DNA of 63,061 nucleotides, counting the filler, from Licmophora abbreviata (taxonomy: Eukaryota): assembly GCA_900291995.1 (NCBI GenBank). It is 11 parts of 11 records of this genome, joined end to end, with 100 filler letters (N's around TTAATTAATTAA, not from the genome) between each part and the next. Parts side by side here need not be neighbours in the genome. Positions count along the whole stretch, not along the records: positions 31,585 to 39,348 come from OLMU01003252.1; positions 39,449 to 42,499 come from OLMU01003253.1; positions 42,600 to 45,762 come from OLMU01003254.1; 8 more parts are not named here. One strand, 5' to 3'. The translations under genes were made by a program, and so were the position numbers. This document shows, one piece after another, positions 33,152-43,900 of this stretch (positions are counted from its first letter, which is position 1; the number at the start of each line of letters is the position of its first letter). The notes beneath the pieces were generated by a model. The model saw only the letters and a program-made list of their open reading frames with translations, ran no database searches and was not told the DNA's origin.

Positions 33152-35032
33152 ATGCGACTTCTTTCCGAATGTGGGGCAAAACGCCTGCTGGTGATCCTAG
33201 CTGCTCTTACCGCTGCCCGATTCGCTTCTGAAATAGTTCTCATCAACCCGAAGCTCTTCCCTGCCGGAAAGCATCAAGCACTCACCGCTCAAGGGGTTGG
33301 ACAAAACCAGCCATGGCCACCATCACCGTTGGATTCTGATGATGACTCGGATCTTGACGACGAGACATGTGAAGCACTCGGCATTACCCTTACCGGGACA
33401 AAAATATCCCGTGTGTGCCGGTACCTCCTCAGTTTGTTTCCTTCCAGAGCACGTCTGGCTCCGCCCGAGGAGGGTGACGAAGGACTGGTGATTCTGGAGC
33501 AAGGCATTATTACTCCTGCGTGTTTCTTGACAGTGGCGTCATTCGACACGGAGAACGTTGCGTGGAACTTCTCGTCTCCGGCTCAAGATTTGCCCATTTA
33601 TGCAAAACCGGTGCATGGAAACAGATCTCTGGGAGTGTCGCTCCGACACTTGACAGATCACTCGTTAACGCTGACTGTCTTTGGTCGCAGGGAGTTTCCT
33701 GTATCCGAGTGGACTCTTACCAAAGAATCTCTTGAGACGGGAGACGTATCGTATGAACCTGAATTTCAGAGGTTGCTGCCGAACGAGTTCCTCCCGTTGC
33801 ACCTGTGTCCGAGCGGGAACATCCTCGAGACTCCTACGGGTTTTGTTGCGGCCATGCACCAGGGCTACTATGGCGTAGGGATCTTCGAGGGGAAGACTGT
33901 CGATAGTTTTAAACGAATTCCTACGTTTGGCTTCAATAATCTTGGGGGAGAGAATATTGGGACGCTCTTTGAGCACCGAAACAGTCTTTATCTTGCAGCA
34001 AGGTATAACATCCGCCGAGGTTTGAATCATGTTAGTGGGATCGGATACAGACAGGCTGGTATATTTGAGCTAATTGAGTCGGGGAAGGGGACAAAAAACC
34101 GATCATACACGGGAAAACTTGTAACGCAATACTCTTTGGAGGAAACCTGTTGCCAAGATTGTGGGGGGTGTCTCGAGGAGAGGAAGTTCCCTTCTTCGTG
34201 TCAGTTGAATACAACAAAGCTGTTTGAATGCGGTCAGCCTCCGGATATTCCGTTCGAGAACCGGACTCTCTGGTGCGTACAACACGGTTTCCGCGGTCTC
34301 TCCAATTCATGTGAACAGAATGCAACCTCGTCGGACACGGAGAGTAAGGGTTGTAAGTCATTTCTGGGCTATTTGCAATGTGTTCATAGGTGTCGAAAAC
34401 GAACAGAGATCTACCATAGCTCGGTGACAAGACTCAGTGGAGGCCTCATGTCAGTGGTTACCTCGCGAGCCGAGAATCATGCTTTCTTGTGTCGCGTTGG
34501 CGACAAGTCGCTACGACATTTCTGTTTTTCCCCGGTGTTCCTTGAGATGAATGAGATTTCGCTGCCTGAGCATGCAATTCACTCGGGCCTGATGGGAACA
34601 ATAGAGAATATTGTGCTCGCAGAGGTTGATACGTTGAGGAGTAATATGGTTGCAGTGGTTCACGTATGGCCACGCCAACACTTTTGCTCGGCCAGTCCCG
34701 CAAGTCTCAACTCCTTGGCCTCGTTAGGTTTGACGGTACGCACATCAAGTAAAAAGATTGCGGTTGTGTTTCGTCCATCTGGACTGGGAGGATGTACATC
34801 GCGCTCACCAGGCTCCCATGCATCCCAAGATCCGGAAGAACCTGTCCTTACTCTCAGAGTTGACGCCGAGAATGGTAGTGATGAAGTCATCGCGAAATCT
34901 CTCTCTGCATATCCTGGGTCTTCAGAACTGTGCTTGAAGGAGTTTCGTGTACCCTCTCAATGCACAGAAAGGTGCCGAATCACTATCGAGTTCTCCTTCC
35001 TATCCTTGCTCGGTCTTTTTGGCAAGTCGTAA
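33152..35032 (+). CDS. Hypothetical secreted/anchored protein, possibly degenerate beta-propeller glycoside hydrolase-like with a Cys-rich insert
   Basis: 626-aa ORF with a hydrophobic N-terminus; the fold suggestion is weak pattern recognition. Confidence 0.6.
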   Translation: MRLLSECGAKRLLVILAALTAARFASEIVLINPKLFPAGKHQALTAQGVGQNQPWPPSPLDSDDDSDLDDETCEALGITLTGTKISRVCRYLLSLFPSRARLAPPEEGDEGLVILEQGIITPACFLTVASFDTENVAWNFSSPAQDLPIYAKPVHGNRSLGVSLRHLTDHSLTLTVFGRREFPVSEWTLTKESLETGDVSYEPEFQRLLPNEFLPLHLCPSGNILETPTGFVAAMHQGYYGVGIFEGKTVDSFKRIPTFGFNNLGGENIGTLFEHRNSLYLAARYNIRRGLNHVSGIGYRQAGIFELIESGKGTKNRSYTGKLVTQYSLEETCCQDCGGCLEERKFPSSCQLNTTKLFECGQPPDIPFENRTLWCVQHGFRGLSNSCEQNATSSDTESKGCKSFLGYLQCVHRCRKRTEIYHSSVTRLSGGLMSVVTSRAENHAFLCRVGDKSLRHFCFSPVFLEMNEISLPEHAIHSGLMGTIENIVLAEVDTLRSNMVAVVHVWPRQHFCSASPASLNSLASLGLTVRTSSKKIAVVFRPSGLGGCTSRSPGSHASQDPEEPVLTLRVDAENGSDEVIAKSLSAYPGSSELCLKEFRVPSQCTERCRITIEFSFLSLLGLFGKS

Positions 35033-35130
35033 ACAGCAGCCCCACGACGCATACAACTGCTTATGTAACCTTACTATAGACAATTTCGACTCTAGCATAC
35101 TAATATTCCCCTCGTCGTGGTACGATCTAT

Positions 35131-36231
35131 CTACAATGGCTTCCCTTTGAGCAAGGAGCGGGCGTCCAAATTTGCATTCGGCACCGTATTCATGGCTTGG
35201 GTGGGCGGCTTGCGCCCTCGTCCCCCTCGTTTGCGCGGAGATTCTTCTCCCCACTCTTGCTCCACCGCTTGCTCTCCTCTTTGCCGCTGCTCGGCCAATC
35301 GCAGGTAGGCTCGCACCTGCACGTCCGTCCTCGTTCCCACAAGTTTCGCGATATCCTTCGGACTCGTCACTCCCTGCTGCAAGGCTCTTGTTACCTTGGT
35401 CATTTCGTCTTCGGTCCATGCAATGCCTCCAGGAGCGGGGTCGATACGTGTCCCTGAGCTAGATGCAGCCGCCATTGCCATGGCCTGCCCGGCTGTGGGA
35501 GGAGGCGATGCCAGGAGAGAGTCCGCTTGAATCCGGCGTCCGGTTCGCTTGTGATGCAGTTCTACGGCAGCACGAGCCAGGTGCTCCATCATGATGCTGT
35601 CCATTTCAATGTTCGCAGGAAGGAGTCTGGCAAGCTCTTCGACCTGGGGCGATGACTGCGAGTTCTCGGGCGTGGTTGCTGTCGGACTCATGGCAGAACC
35701 TTGGCAGGCTGCTGACGCTGTCTCTTGACTCATCTGGAGTGAGGACCCCACGCTCATGCGATCGGGGTCCCCCTGAATCTGAGCCCGATCAAAACGTTTT
35801 CCTAGACCCACTAGTCGCGCATGCAAGAGCATAAGATAAGTGCTTGACATTTTCAGGCGGCCTGATTATTAAAAATACAAAAAGTGCACGGGACTCTGTG
35901 AGCAAGAAACTCAAGAGGTGTAGGGTCAATCAAACACACATACAAATGCATGAAACGTCGCATGTCCACTCGTACCTAACGCCTGCGCCTCACGAGCCGC
36001 CGCAAACAGGTCTTGGGCTTCTCCCAGCACAGCATCATATACATTGACGGGTGTCTGCGCCGTCGGTGTGGTTTTCGTGCTGGTAGACTTGTCGCTCTTT
36101 GGCTTTTTCGGTTTCGGACCCGGTTTTTGTGCAGCAGCAGCGACAGTGACTGGCAAGCGACGCTTCGCTCTCGGGGGAAACGCCGCTGCCTTTTTCACTG
36201 CTGCCGTCTTTGGTATAGTCGGAGGCGGCAT
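35131..36231 (-). CDS. Single Myb/SANT-domain protein; intron 35862-35975
   Basis: WTEDEMTKVTRALQQG...IAKLVGTRTDVQVRAY; splice gives AQALG|RLKMSS. Confidence 0.8.
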
Positions 36232-36598
36232 GATTGACGAGAGGTTGTGTTCCTACTAGAGGCCAAAGCAAACAACCGAAATTCAGCGAAAGACAACGGC
36301 GTTCGGTCGCTGGGCCATCCGTCACACCATGGCGGAAGTGTGGCTCCGACACTCGGGCGTGGGGCGGTGTTCGCAGCGGGTATTTTTGACCAATCAGATC
36401 GTGTCATTTTTGGCGCGAACGAGCTTGTACGTAGGACTACATGAGCCTACATACGTATCTGTAGTAAGCGGTCAACGTATAAAACTTCCCTCCAAAGTCG
36501 AAAAGATACCGACCCGTTCTCACATCAAAAGTGACACCAACCGCCTGCTCCTTGCTGGTAGTCTCTTTGACGTAATTCTGCCCCTCTGTATCGCAACT

Positions 36599-37594
36599 AT
36601 GAAGAGTATCCTATACCCAGTGGTCGTAGCAGTGCTAGCTGTCCCGGTGGTCCAGTATGTGTACTCAAGATGGCACAAAATATGTCCGATTGCTCTCTGC
36701 CTCGGGCCGATGGTGAACTGCGTCCGAAATCCAGACTGCCGTCCAGCCTTGGACTGCTTTGGCGAGTGTGACGATGAGAACTCGGAACGACGAAGGCAGT
36801 CGATGATCAAGTATAGTCATGTCCAGTTTCCACAAGACCCAGATTTGTGCCGATACACTTGCTTGGATATGATGACGACACGAGAGGCCGAGAGACTACT
36901 AGACTGCATCGGGCAATCGAACTGTATGGCCCCCGCCGAGTACCCGAACGAATGCGCACCTATCAAGCAAGAAAACGTCTTACCTTTCTCGATAATACCC
37001 AGAGATGTACTACGAGGTGAATTCACCAAGCTTTTCACGAACAGCTGGGACTTTTGGCCTTGTCAGACAAGTGAGTTCTTTCCTCCCCAAGACAAGGTTC
37101 GACCTCCGCTGGACTGGATGACTGGATGGCCCAGCGACCCTGACGTGTGGCGCATGGATTTCAATTGGACAGTACTTCCCAAGCATCATACAACCGAATC
37201 GCCGCCGACGCCGTATACGTTCAACATGTCGAACGAAATGTATCCAGGCCAGTATTGGGACTTTTACGCGATGACGTCCGGGTCGAAGCCTACGCTAAAG
37301 ACGAAAGCACCCATGTGGGGAACCGAGGCCCACGAGAACTGGTACCTATTGCACTATGCCCCCGAAACACACGTCATGCTTATTCACGTTTGTGCATATA
37401 CACCCCAGGTGGATACGTACGATGCCATCACTTTGGTACTTATGAAGGATGGTAAGGAGCACCCGCGGGAAGACCTATCGGACGAGATGGCCGCAGAGAT
37501 TGAACGTATTGCGATGGACAAGCTTGGAAAGAAATTTGGCACGTTGCAACGAATCAAAGAATGTGACATTGAAATGGAATATAGAGAAACCTGA
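36599..37594 (+). CDS. Violaxanthin de-epoxidase-like (VDL/VDR) lipocalin family protein, divergent
   Basis: Cys-rich domain C...CVRNPDC...LDC..EC...CRYTC...LDCIGQSNCM; DFWPCQ; HENWYLL. Confidence 0.7.
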   Translation: MKSILYPVVVAVLAVPVVQYVYSRWHKICPIALCLGPMVNCVRNPDCRPALDCFGECDDENSERRRQSMIKYSHVQFPQDPDLCRYTCLDMMTTREAERLLDCIGQSNCMAPAEYPNECAPIKQENVLPFSIIPRDVLRGEFTKLFTNSWDFWPCQTSEFFPPQDKVRPPLDWMTGWPSDPDVWRMDFNWTVLPKHHTTESPPTPYTFNMSNEMYPGQYWDFYAMTSGSKPTLKTKAPMWGTEAHENWYLLHYAPETHVMLIHVCAYTPQVDTYDAITLVLMKDGKEHPREDLSDEMAAEIERIAMDKLGKKFGTLQRIKECDIEMEYRET

Positions 37595-37657
37595 TTCATA
37601 GATGTCCAATAGGGACTGTCAAGTCGTATTGGTAGCTACAGTTACATCTTGTGGGTT

Positions 37658-39133
37658 TCATGGCGAGAGAGCTACCAAGTCCTTGGCTGGACTGTCGGCC
37701 AGTAGGCCCAGGCTAACTTCCCAGAGACGTGCTGACCACTGATCGTCTGCATATTGTAGGGCTTTCCGTCGCGATTGATGAATATGAAGAGTCGTGTTAG
37801 CCCAGAGTTCGACGGTCACCCTCTCTTCGTGCATATCCTCCTCCTCGATGATGCTCTCTAGATACGGATGACAAAGTGCCGAAATATACTGTCCACCCTT
37901 GAGCATGCTGTCTGGCTCGGTGGAAAGCGCGCTAAACAGAAGCGTCCTGGCTCCTTGATCAGTATCCCTCCAGAGCAAGGGTGTCCATACATGAGCTGCC
38001 ATATAGGAGACTCCCGGGACCCTCAATCCTACAAAGATACTTCCCACGCCATCTCTCGCGGTCGCAGTAGCCACAGCGCCCGTGTGTACAGCATGAGCAA
38101 TCACAGGCATCTTGCTCGACACGAGTCGTCGATTCAACTCAAACGCAAAGAGAATGTTGCATAGCTTAGCACGACCGTAGGCGCCAATACTAGGACCCGT
38201 CAATCCATTGCCACGAAGTCGTTCGCCTCGCAAGTCTCCCTCGCCCATAGTGCCTTCCATGAAGGACTCTTCGAATGGTTCTGAACCAAGAAACCCACAG
38301 GCCGACGTGACACCAACATCGCTAGATGTCATGACAACGCGCGAAGCTTCCTCTTGGGCTTCTCCCGCGGCACGCAATGAAGGGAGGAGGCCCAATGTGA
38401 GAGCCATATGTCCCAAGTGCATTCCCCCGAAGCCATCTTCGAGTCCCTCCGCCGTCAGCTCGTGACGAGGCGTCGTTCCGGCATTATTGAAGAGGTAGTG
38501 AATACGAGGAAATTTGGATGCGATCTCTTTGGATGCTTCCACTGCCGACGCGAGGCTCCCCAAGTGAAAGACAGCCGCAGATGCAGAGCCTCCGCTGGCT
38601 CTGCCCACAGCACTTATGTGTTCCACGGCCGGCCGGCACTTTTCCGCCGAGCGACAGGTCAAGACGACGTGCGCTCCCATTTTTGCTAGCGCCTTGGCCG
38701 TTGCTAACCCGATTCCCGAGTTGGCGCCCGTCACGACGGCAGTCTTTCCCGTCAAAAAGTTGACCCCGCTAGATGCTGGCCTCCATAGTTGACCGACGTC
38801 CACCTCGTACTTGAAGACCCCAATGGTGACAAGCAGGCAGCATATCAAGCCACGGGCTCCATACTTGAACGAGACTATCAAATAAGTCACCAATAACACC
38901 TTGACTAGAGCCGTTCCGTGCGGTGTCTGCTGGACGAGTCCGGTGAGTTCGGGTTCTCGAAACAGGAGAACGACCGCAATGGGAATGATGAAATACACGA
39001 AGAGAGCCAGCCAGAGAAGTGAGCCTTTCATGAATGATAGAATCCTCTGTTTGGACTTGGTAGGAAAGAGCATTGCTGCATCTGCAGTGTGACTGGAGTG
39101 GTGTTGTCGCTCTCGTCGTTGCGACGATCCCAT
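37658..39133 (-). CDS. Membrane-anchored SDR, retinol dehydrogenase (RDH11-14/WWOX)-like
   Basis: TGANSGIG, NNAG, YGRAK and VHTGAV; 2-3 N-terminal TM helices; start uncertain. Confidence 0.85.
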   Translation of the reverse strand: MGSSQRRERQHHSSHTADAAMLFPTKSKQRILSFMKGSLLWLALFVYFIIPIAVVLLFREPELTGLVQQTPHGTALVKVLLVTYLIVSFKYGARGLICCLLVTIGVFKYEVDVGQLWRPASSGVNFLTGKTAVVTGANSGIGLATAKALAKMGAHVVLTCRSAEKCRPAVEHISAVGRASGGSASAAVFHLGSLASAVEASKEIASKFPRIHYLFNNAGTTPRHELTAEGLEDGFGGMHLGHMALTLGLLPSLRAAGEAQEEASRVVMTSSDVGVTSACGFLGSEPFEESFMEGTMGEGDLRGERLRGNGLTGPSIGAYGRAKLCNILFAFELNRRLVSSKMPVIAHAVHTGAVATATARDGVGSIFVGLRVPGVSYMAAHVWTPLLWRDTDQGARTLLFSALSTEPDSMLKGGQYISALCHPYLESIIEEEDMHEERVTVELWANTTLHIHQSRRKALQYADDQWSARLWEVSLGLLADSPAKDLVALSP

Positions 39134-39586
39134 GAGCGCAAACGCGACGATGGTGTCACGTTTTGAGAACAGGGAAGTGAGAAAAAGGCGAAATGATGTA
39201 ATGTCGGGAGGAAAGTTTTGCCACAACTTGGAGCACTACTATCAACGTTGGTGTCGAATATGGCGCGAAGAAAGTTATTTCTTAAATGGGCTTCTAGGAA
39301 TTAGTAGAGCTAGAGAGTAAGCAGAGGGAGCTCGAAGTTCAAAGTGACNNNNNNNNNNNNNNNNNNNNNNNNNNNNNNNNNNNNNNNNNNNNTTAATTAA
39401 TTAANNNNNNNNNNNNNNNNNNNNNNNNNNNNNNNNNNNNNNNNNNNNTGTGTGTCTTGTTGTATCTTTGTGTTTTGCTTCGACAGCCCGTTTCCCTCGT
39501 CGCTGGACGAACCCTTCTTGTCTCTGTATGCAGTAGCTGCTATTAAGCCACGAGCGATAGCATAGAACGGAAAAAGAACGAGAATA

Positions 39587-40789
39587 ATGCGCTCCTGCGC
39601 ATTGATGCTTCTCGTCAGACTACTGTTTCTGATCTTGGCATACACCGTCGCCGTATCTTCGGCCCTTCTCCCAAGGCGGAAACGAGCCGACAAAGCTCTG
39701 AAAGAGTTCAGTTTCTATCCGCCATGGAAGGGTGAGGAAGAAGAAGATCCTCGCGCCGTCGACAAGGTCTTGCCTGCTTTGGGCTCGGTCAGTACCGCCT
39801 TCTACGGTACGGCGCTCTTGCTGTACTCAAAGAGCTTTCCTGGTCAGATCCATATCATCACCATGCTCCGTGCAACTGGCTTTGATAAAATTGAAAAGGC
39901 TGTCGAAAAAGCGAGGCAGAATGTGCGTGATGCTGTATGGTCAGTGGTCTGGAATTCCCCGTCCTTCTTTAGGGCCAAGAGGAACTACAGATCCGCGGGT
40001 GATAGGATTGGAGACCTCAAGGTAATACTTCAAGAGACCAAGAAGGCCAAGGAAGATGGAGTTATTACACCAGAAGAAGCTCGTCGTATAAAAAGACTTC
40101 GGAAGAAAGAAATCGCCAATTACCGCCACGAAATGAAGTCCCTCGTGAGGGCAGCCGCGAGTCTGAGCAAGGTACTTGAAGCGCTCGATCTGGACGAGAT
40201 TCGAGACGTCATTCGAGGTTTCCTCTTTCAAATGATGGCGGTTTTGGCAACTGGACACAATGACAGCATTGTTGGAAAGCTTATTAGCAGGTGGTGTCTC
40301 TTCCTCAATCTGGGTGGTTTATTCCTCGATACGAATTCGAAGCTGCGATATCCAGTATCCAAGTTGCTTCTCACCAAGTCGCTGTCCAGTGCCAGTATCG
40401 ACGAGAAACAAGCCCGTACGATTGAGGCGGTGGGGCAGATCATTATGTTTTCATCTGCAGGCTACATGGTGACGAGTCATAACTCCACAGCCCTCGATCT
40501 CAATGCCGCCTTTCTGTCGTCCGCCATTGTTTTTCGAGGAATTCGCACGCTCGTCGACACGTTCTGGGATCAGACTGATGATGAAGCTACCGTATGGAGC
40601 ACCGGTGGGGGCTTTCTTCGTGGAGGGACGGGTGGTCTTCTCATGCTTGCTCTAACAACGATCGGAATGCTGTGTCGCGCCGGTGCTGCGAGAGGCAACG
40701 TGTCGCCGCCTCGCTGGATCGAAGCGCCTCTCCTGGTGGTTGAAAGTGCAATCTACAAACTTGTCGTTGTGATTGATAAGATCATGTAG
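39587..40789 (+). CDS. Hypothetical membrane protein
   Basis: 400-aa ATG ORF with a signal-like N-terminus, a helical core and several hydrophobic segments. Confidence 0.7.
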   Translation: MRSCALMLLVRLLFLILAYTVAVSSALLPRRKRADKALKEFSFYPPWKGEEEEDPRAVDKVLPALGSVSTAFYGTALLLYSKSFPGQIHIITMLRATGFDKIEKAVEKARQNVRDAVWSVVWNSPSFFRAKRNYRSAGDRIGDLKVILQETKKAKEDGVITPEEARRIKRLRKKEIANYRHEMKSLVRAAASLSKVLEALDLDEIRDVIRGFLFQMMAVLATGHNDSIVGKLISRWCLFLNLGGLFLDTNSKLRYPVSKLLLTKSLSSASIDEKQARTIEAVGQIIMFSSAGYMVTSHNSTALDLNAAFLSSAIVFRGIRTLVDTFWDQTDDEATVWSTGGGFLRGGTGGLLMLALTTIGMLCRAGAARGNVSPPRWIEAPLLVVESAIYKLVVVIDKIM

Positions 40790-40931
40790 AGCCGTGGCTA
40801 CGATGGCACTGTCGATGTTGAAACCAAGCTGGTGGCGACCTCTGATTGCGTGATTAGTATTTAGAGTGCCATGCACGGTACAAACAAGTAATATTCATTC
40901 TCCATCAACCCACCGACCGGAGGCAACACTC

Positions 40932-43900
40932 CTAACGCTTCGTCCACACAATGAAGCGAATCGACAAAAGCTTCAAGATCTCTATTCCGACGAGGAACAT
41001 GCTCACTGCAAACACACAGTACCACCACTTATAAGGGGCAACCAGTCCGCCATCCTCCCAGTCGGCCCACCCGAACACCCACAAAATGATTTCTCCGGGT
41101 AGCTTTATGCCATTCTCCAATATGTCGATGACAAGCATGGCAATATCAAATAGATCATCGATGATCTTCAATACTTCAGCGATCACGTCAGCAATGAGAC
41201 CAGGTGGAAGCAAGACGGCAAGTAGGCAAAGAACAACTTCCAATTGGCCAGGCTGTCCCATTTCTTCAAACTGCTCGACGGTAAAGCCACTGGGAACAAA
41301 ACTCCTGCTCGAGGTTCCATTGACAGGTTCCGTGCTGTTGCGTGGTGGCACCTTGTCAAAGCACGCTAGCGTCCCCTCAAAGTCGACGTTTTCGATAGCG
41401 TTGGCAAATTCTTTTTCGCAGGGCGGGGCACCTGGAAAATCGACGACATTGCAGCGGATAAAGTTGATTTCAATCGGGTCCACCAGGCACTCGTTCTGTA
41501 CCATGCAGTCGAGCAAGGCGGCAAGACCAACAATGCCCGAGTTCTCCCAGTCGTAGTTTTGGCCTGGAGGAGCCCGAACAACAAGGTTCATGAAGTTGGT
41601 GCTCTGTACCGCGCTGCTCGTGCGACTATAGTCAATATTGGCATTCGGGTCCAACATAAAGAGGTTCTGAACACCGTCGTCGCGAAGTGTTGTCGGAGTG
41701 AGTAGCCAAAAGTCTTTGTTTGCCAACTCGTTCGTGACCAGACCTTGAATGACTGCACTGACAAGAAGAACGGTGTCAGCGTCGGGAAATCGCCACAGCA
41801 ACAAGCACAAGATCTCAACTTACTATAGTGGAACAGGTTGGCCCAGTAGGCCCACACCCAGCCGGATGGCATGGCACTAACTGTGATGAGAAAGCCCATA
41901 AGAATGACGGAGAGAATGACAGAGAGTCCAGCCAGACCATTGGCACTCTCTTCGTTAGGGGTAGCAAGTGCATAGAGCTGACCCAGCGACATAATGACCC
42001 AGCTAATCGATTTTCGCAGGCACATACAAATGAGATGGGGTCATCAATCTGCGAATCGTATCATGACAACGGACACTTACTTCGCTAGGAAGACCATGAA
42101 AATGAAATAGCCGATGAGGTCGCCATCAAGTTGAAAACCGACCATGAAGTAGAAGGCGACGAACATTACCAACGCATTCAGAAGATGAAAAGGCACATCG
42201 GCGGTAAGCTGGCCGAGAGCATAGGAGATGCGGGAATACAAACCAGAGGAGGTTTCACGGTAGAGGACCGCTCTGTCTTCTATTAGTGGAACCACAGTCG
42301 CCTGCATGGGAATCACCAGTACAAACACAAGGAAGAATATGGCCCCGATCGAGAAGACAGCCCCTTGAATCTTGTCTTTGTCTCCGAAGAAGAGGACGCC
42401 CATGTAGAAAGAAACGAAGCACGACGCGAGCAGGCGCATGAAAGAGTAGCTTGGGTTTCTCAATTGAGTCGCCAAGTGGCGCCTTGTCAACAGCATGTAN
42501 NNNNNNNNNNNNNNNNNNNNNNNNNNNNNNNNNNNNNNNNNNNTTAATTAATTAANNNNNNNNNNNNNNNNNNNNNNNNNNNNNNNNNNNNNNNNNNNNA
42601 GGCGCATGAAAGAGTAGCTTGGGTTTCTCAATTGAGTCGCCAAGTGGCGCCTTGTCAACAGCATGTACTCTCGACAGATACTCTTTCCACGTCTCGCTTC
42701 AGCCCGGACTTTTTCCATGGCGGCACCACTTTCCCCATTAGCTTCTTCGTCTGAGATGTCGGACTCGATGTTGTCGGCGACGGCCTTGACAGGTGCGGAT
42801 TTCTGAAATGATGCCGCAGCTGCTTCAATCGAGACACAGCCCACAGCGGAAAGAACGTAGTCTGCTGGGTTCACCTGCGGGGCTGGGGGTCTGCCCGAGA
42901 GTGTCTCGAAGTACTCAATCACCGTCTTCGATTCATTGCCTAGCTCGCCCATGTACGCTGTCCGTCCTCCCTTGACTAACAAGATCAGATCGTCAAACTG
43001 ATCCCAGATTAGTTTGGATGGCTGGTGAATCGTAGTAACGGTGATAAGATTCATTTCATCCGTACAACGGCGAAGGGCTTGCATGACTGTGTTGGCCGCA
43101 GTAGTGCTCAGACCTGTCGTTGGCTCGTCCGCAAAGAGAATCCTCGGGCGCGTCACGAGTTGCACAGCAATTGTCAACCTCTTGCGCGCATGCTTCGGCA
43201 AGCCCTCGCCTTCCATTTCGCGTCCGATTACCATAGTCTGTCCAGTCTTCCAGTCCCATTATACGTACAACATTACTGATGACTTCCTCCCTGTCGACAT
43301 CACCTGGGAGGCGGCACGCAGCTGTGAAGCGGAGAGTTTCCATCGCGGAGAGATATGGATTCAAGATATCGTTCTGTTCAGCGTACGCACTGACATTCCT
43401 CCATATGGCTGTCTCCTTGGCGCGTCCATCAATCATTATGTCGCCAGCGATCCTTCCCCCCGTCTTGTATCCTGCAATGACATCCAGTAGCGTTGTCTTG
43501 CCTGCCCCACTCGTACCCATCAAGGCGGTAATACGTCCACGAACAAATCGTGCGCTGATACTCGAAAGAAGCTGGAGCTCATTCGTGCCTTCCAACTTCG
43601 GGCCAATCGAGTCAGACTTGCCCTTGCGCTTGCCAAAGCACCGGACTAAGCACGGTTCCAGTAACGCATGAATGCTCAACTTTGGTTTCTTCTTCGATGA
43701 GGCAACGTAATAAGACAAGTCTCTGATCGCGAGACTCTGCGGCCACTCCGGTCCGTCCTCGGACGAAGCACCACGATTCGCCGATGCATCAGATTTTCCA
43801 CTGGCTCCAAAGCTCTTGGACTTGGCGATCTGTTGAGGGCGCCGAATCGGGTTAAAGTACCAATGACGCGAGCGCTCCACTAAGATGCAGCCCAAGACGT

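Noticed and set aside
43228..43236. ABCG split into two genes
   Set aside because: A single extra base in the middle of NBD2, with motifs intact on both sides; probably an indel error
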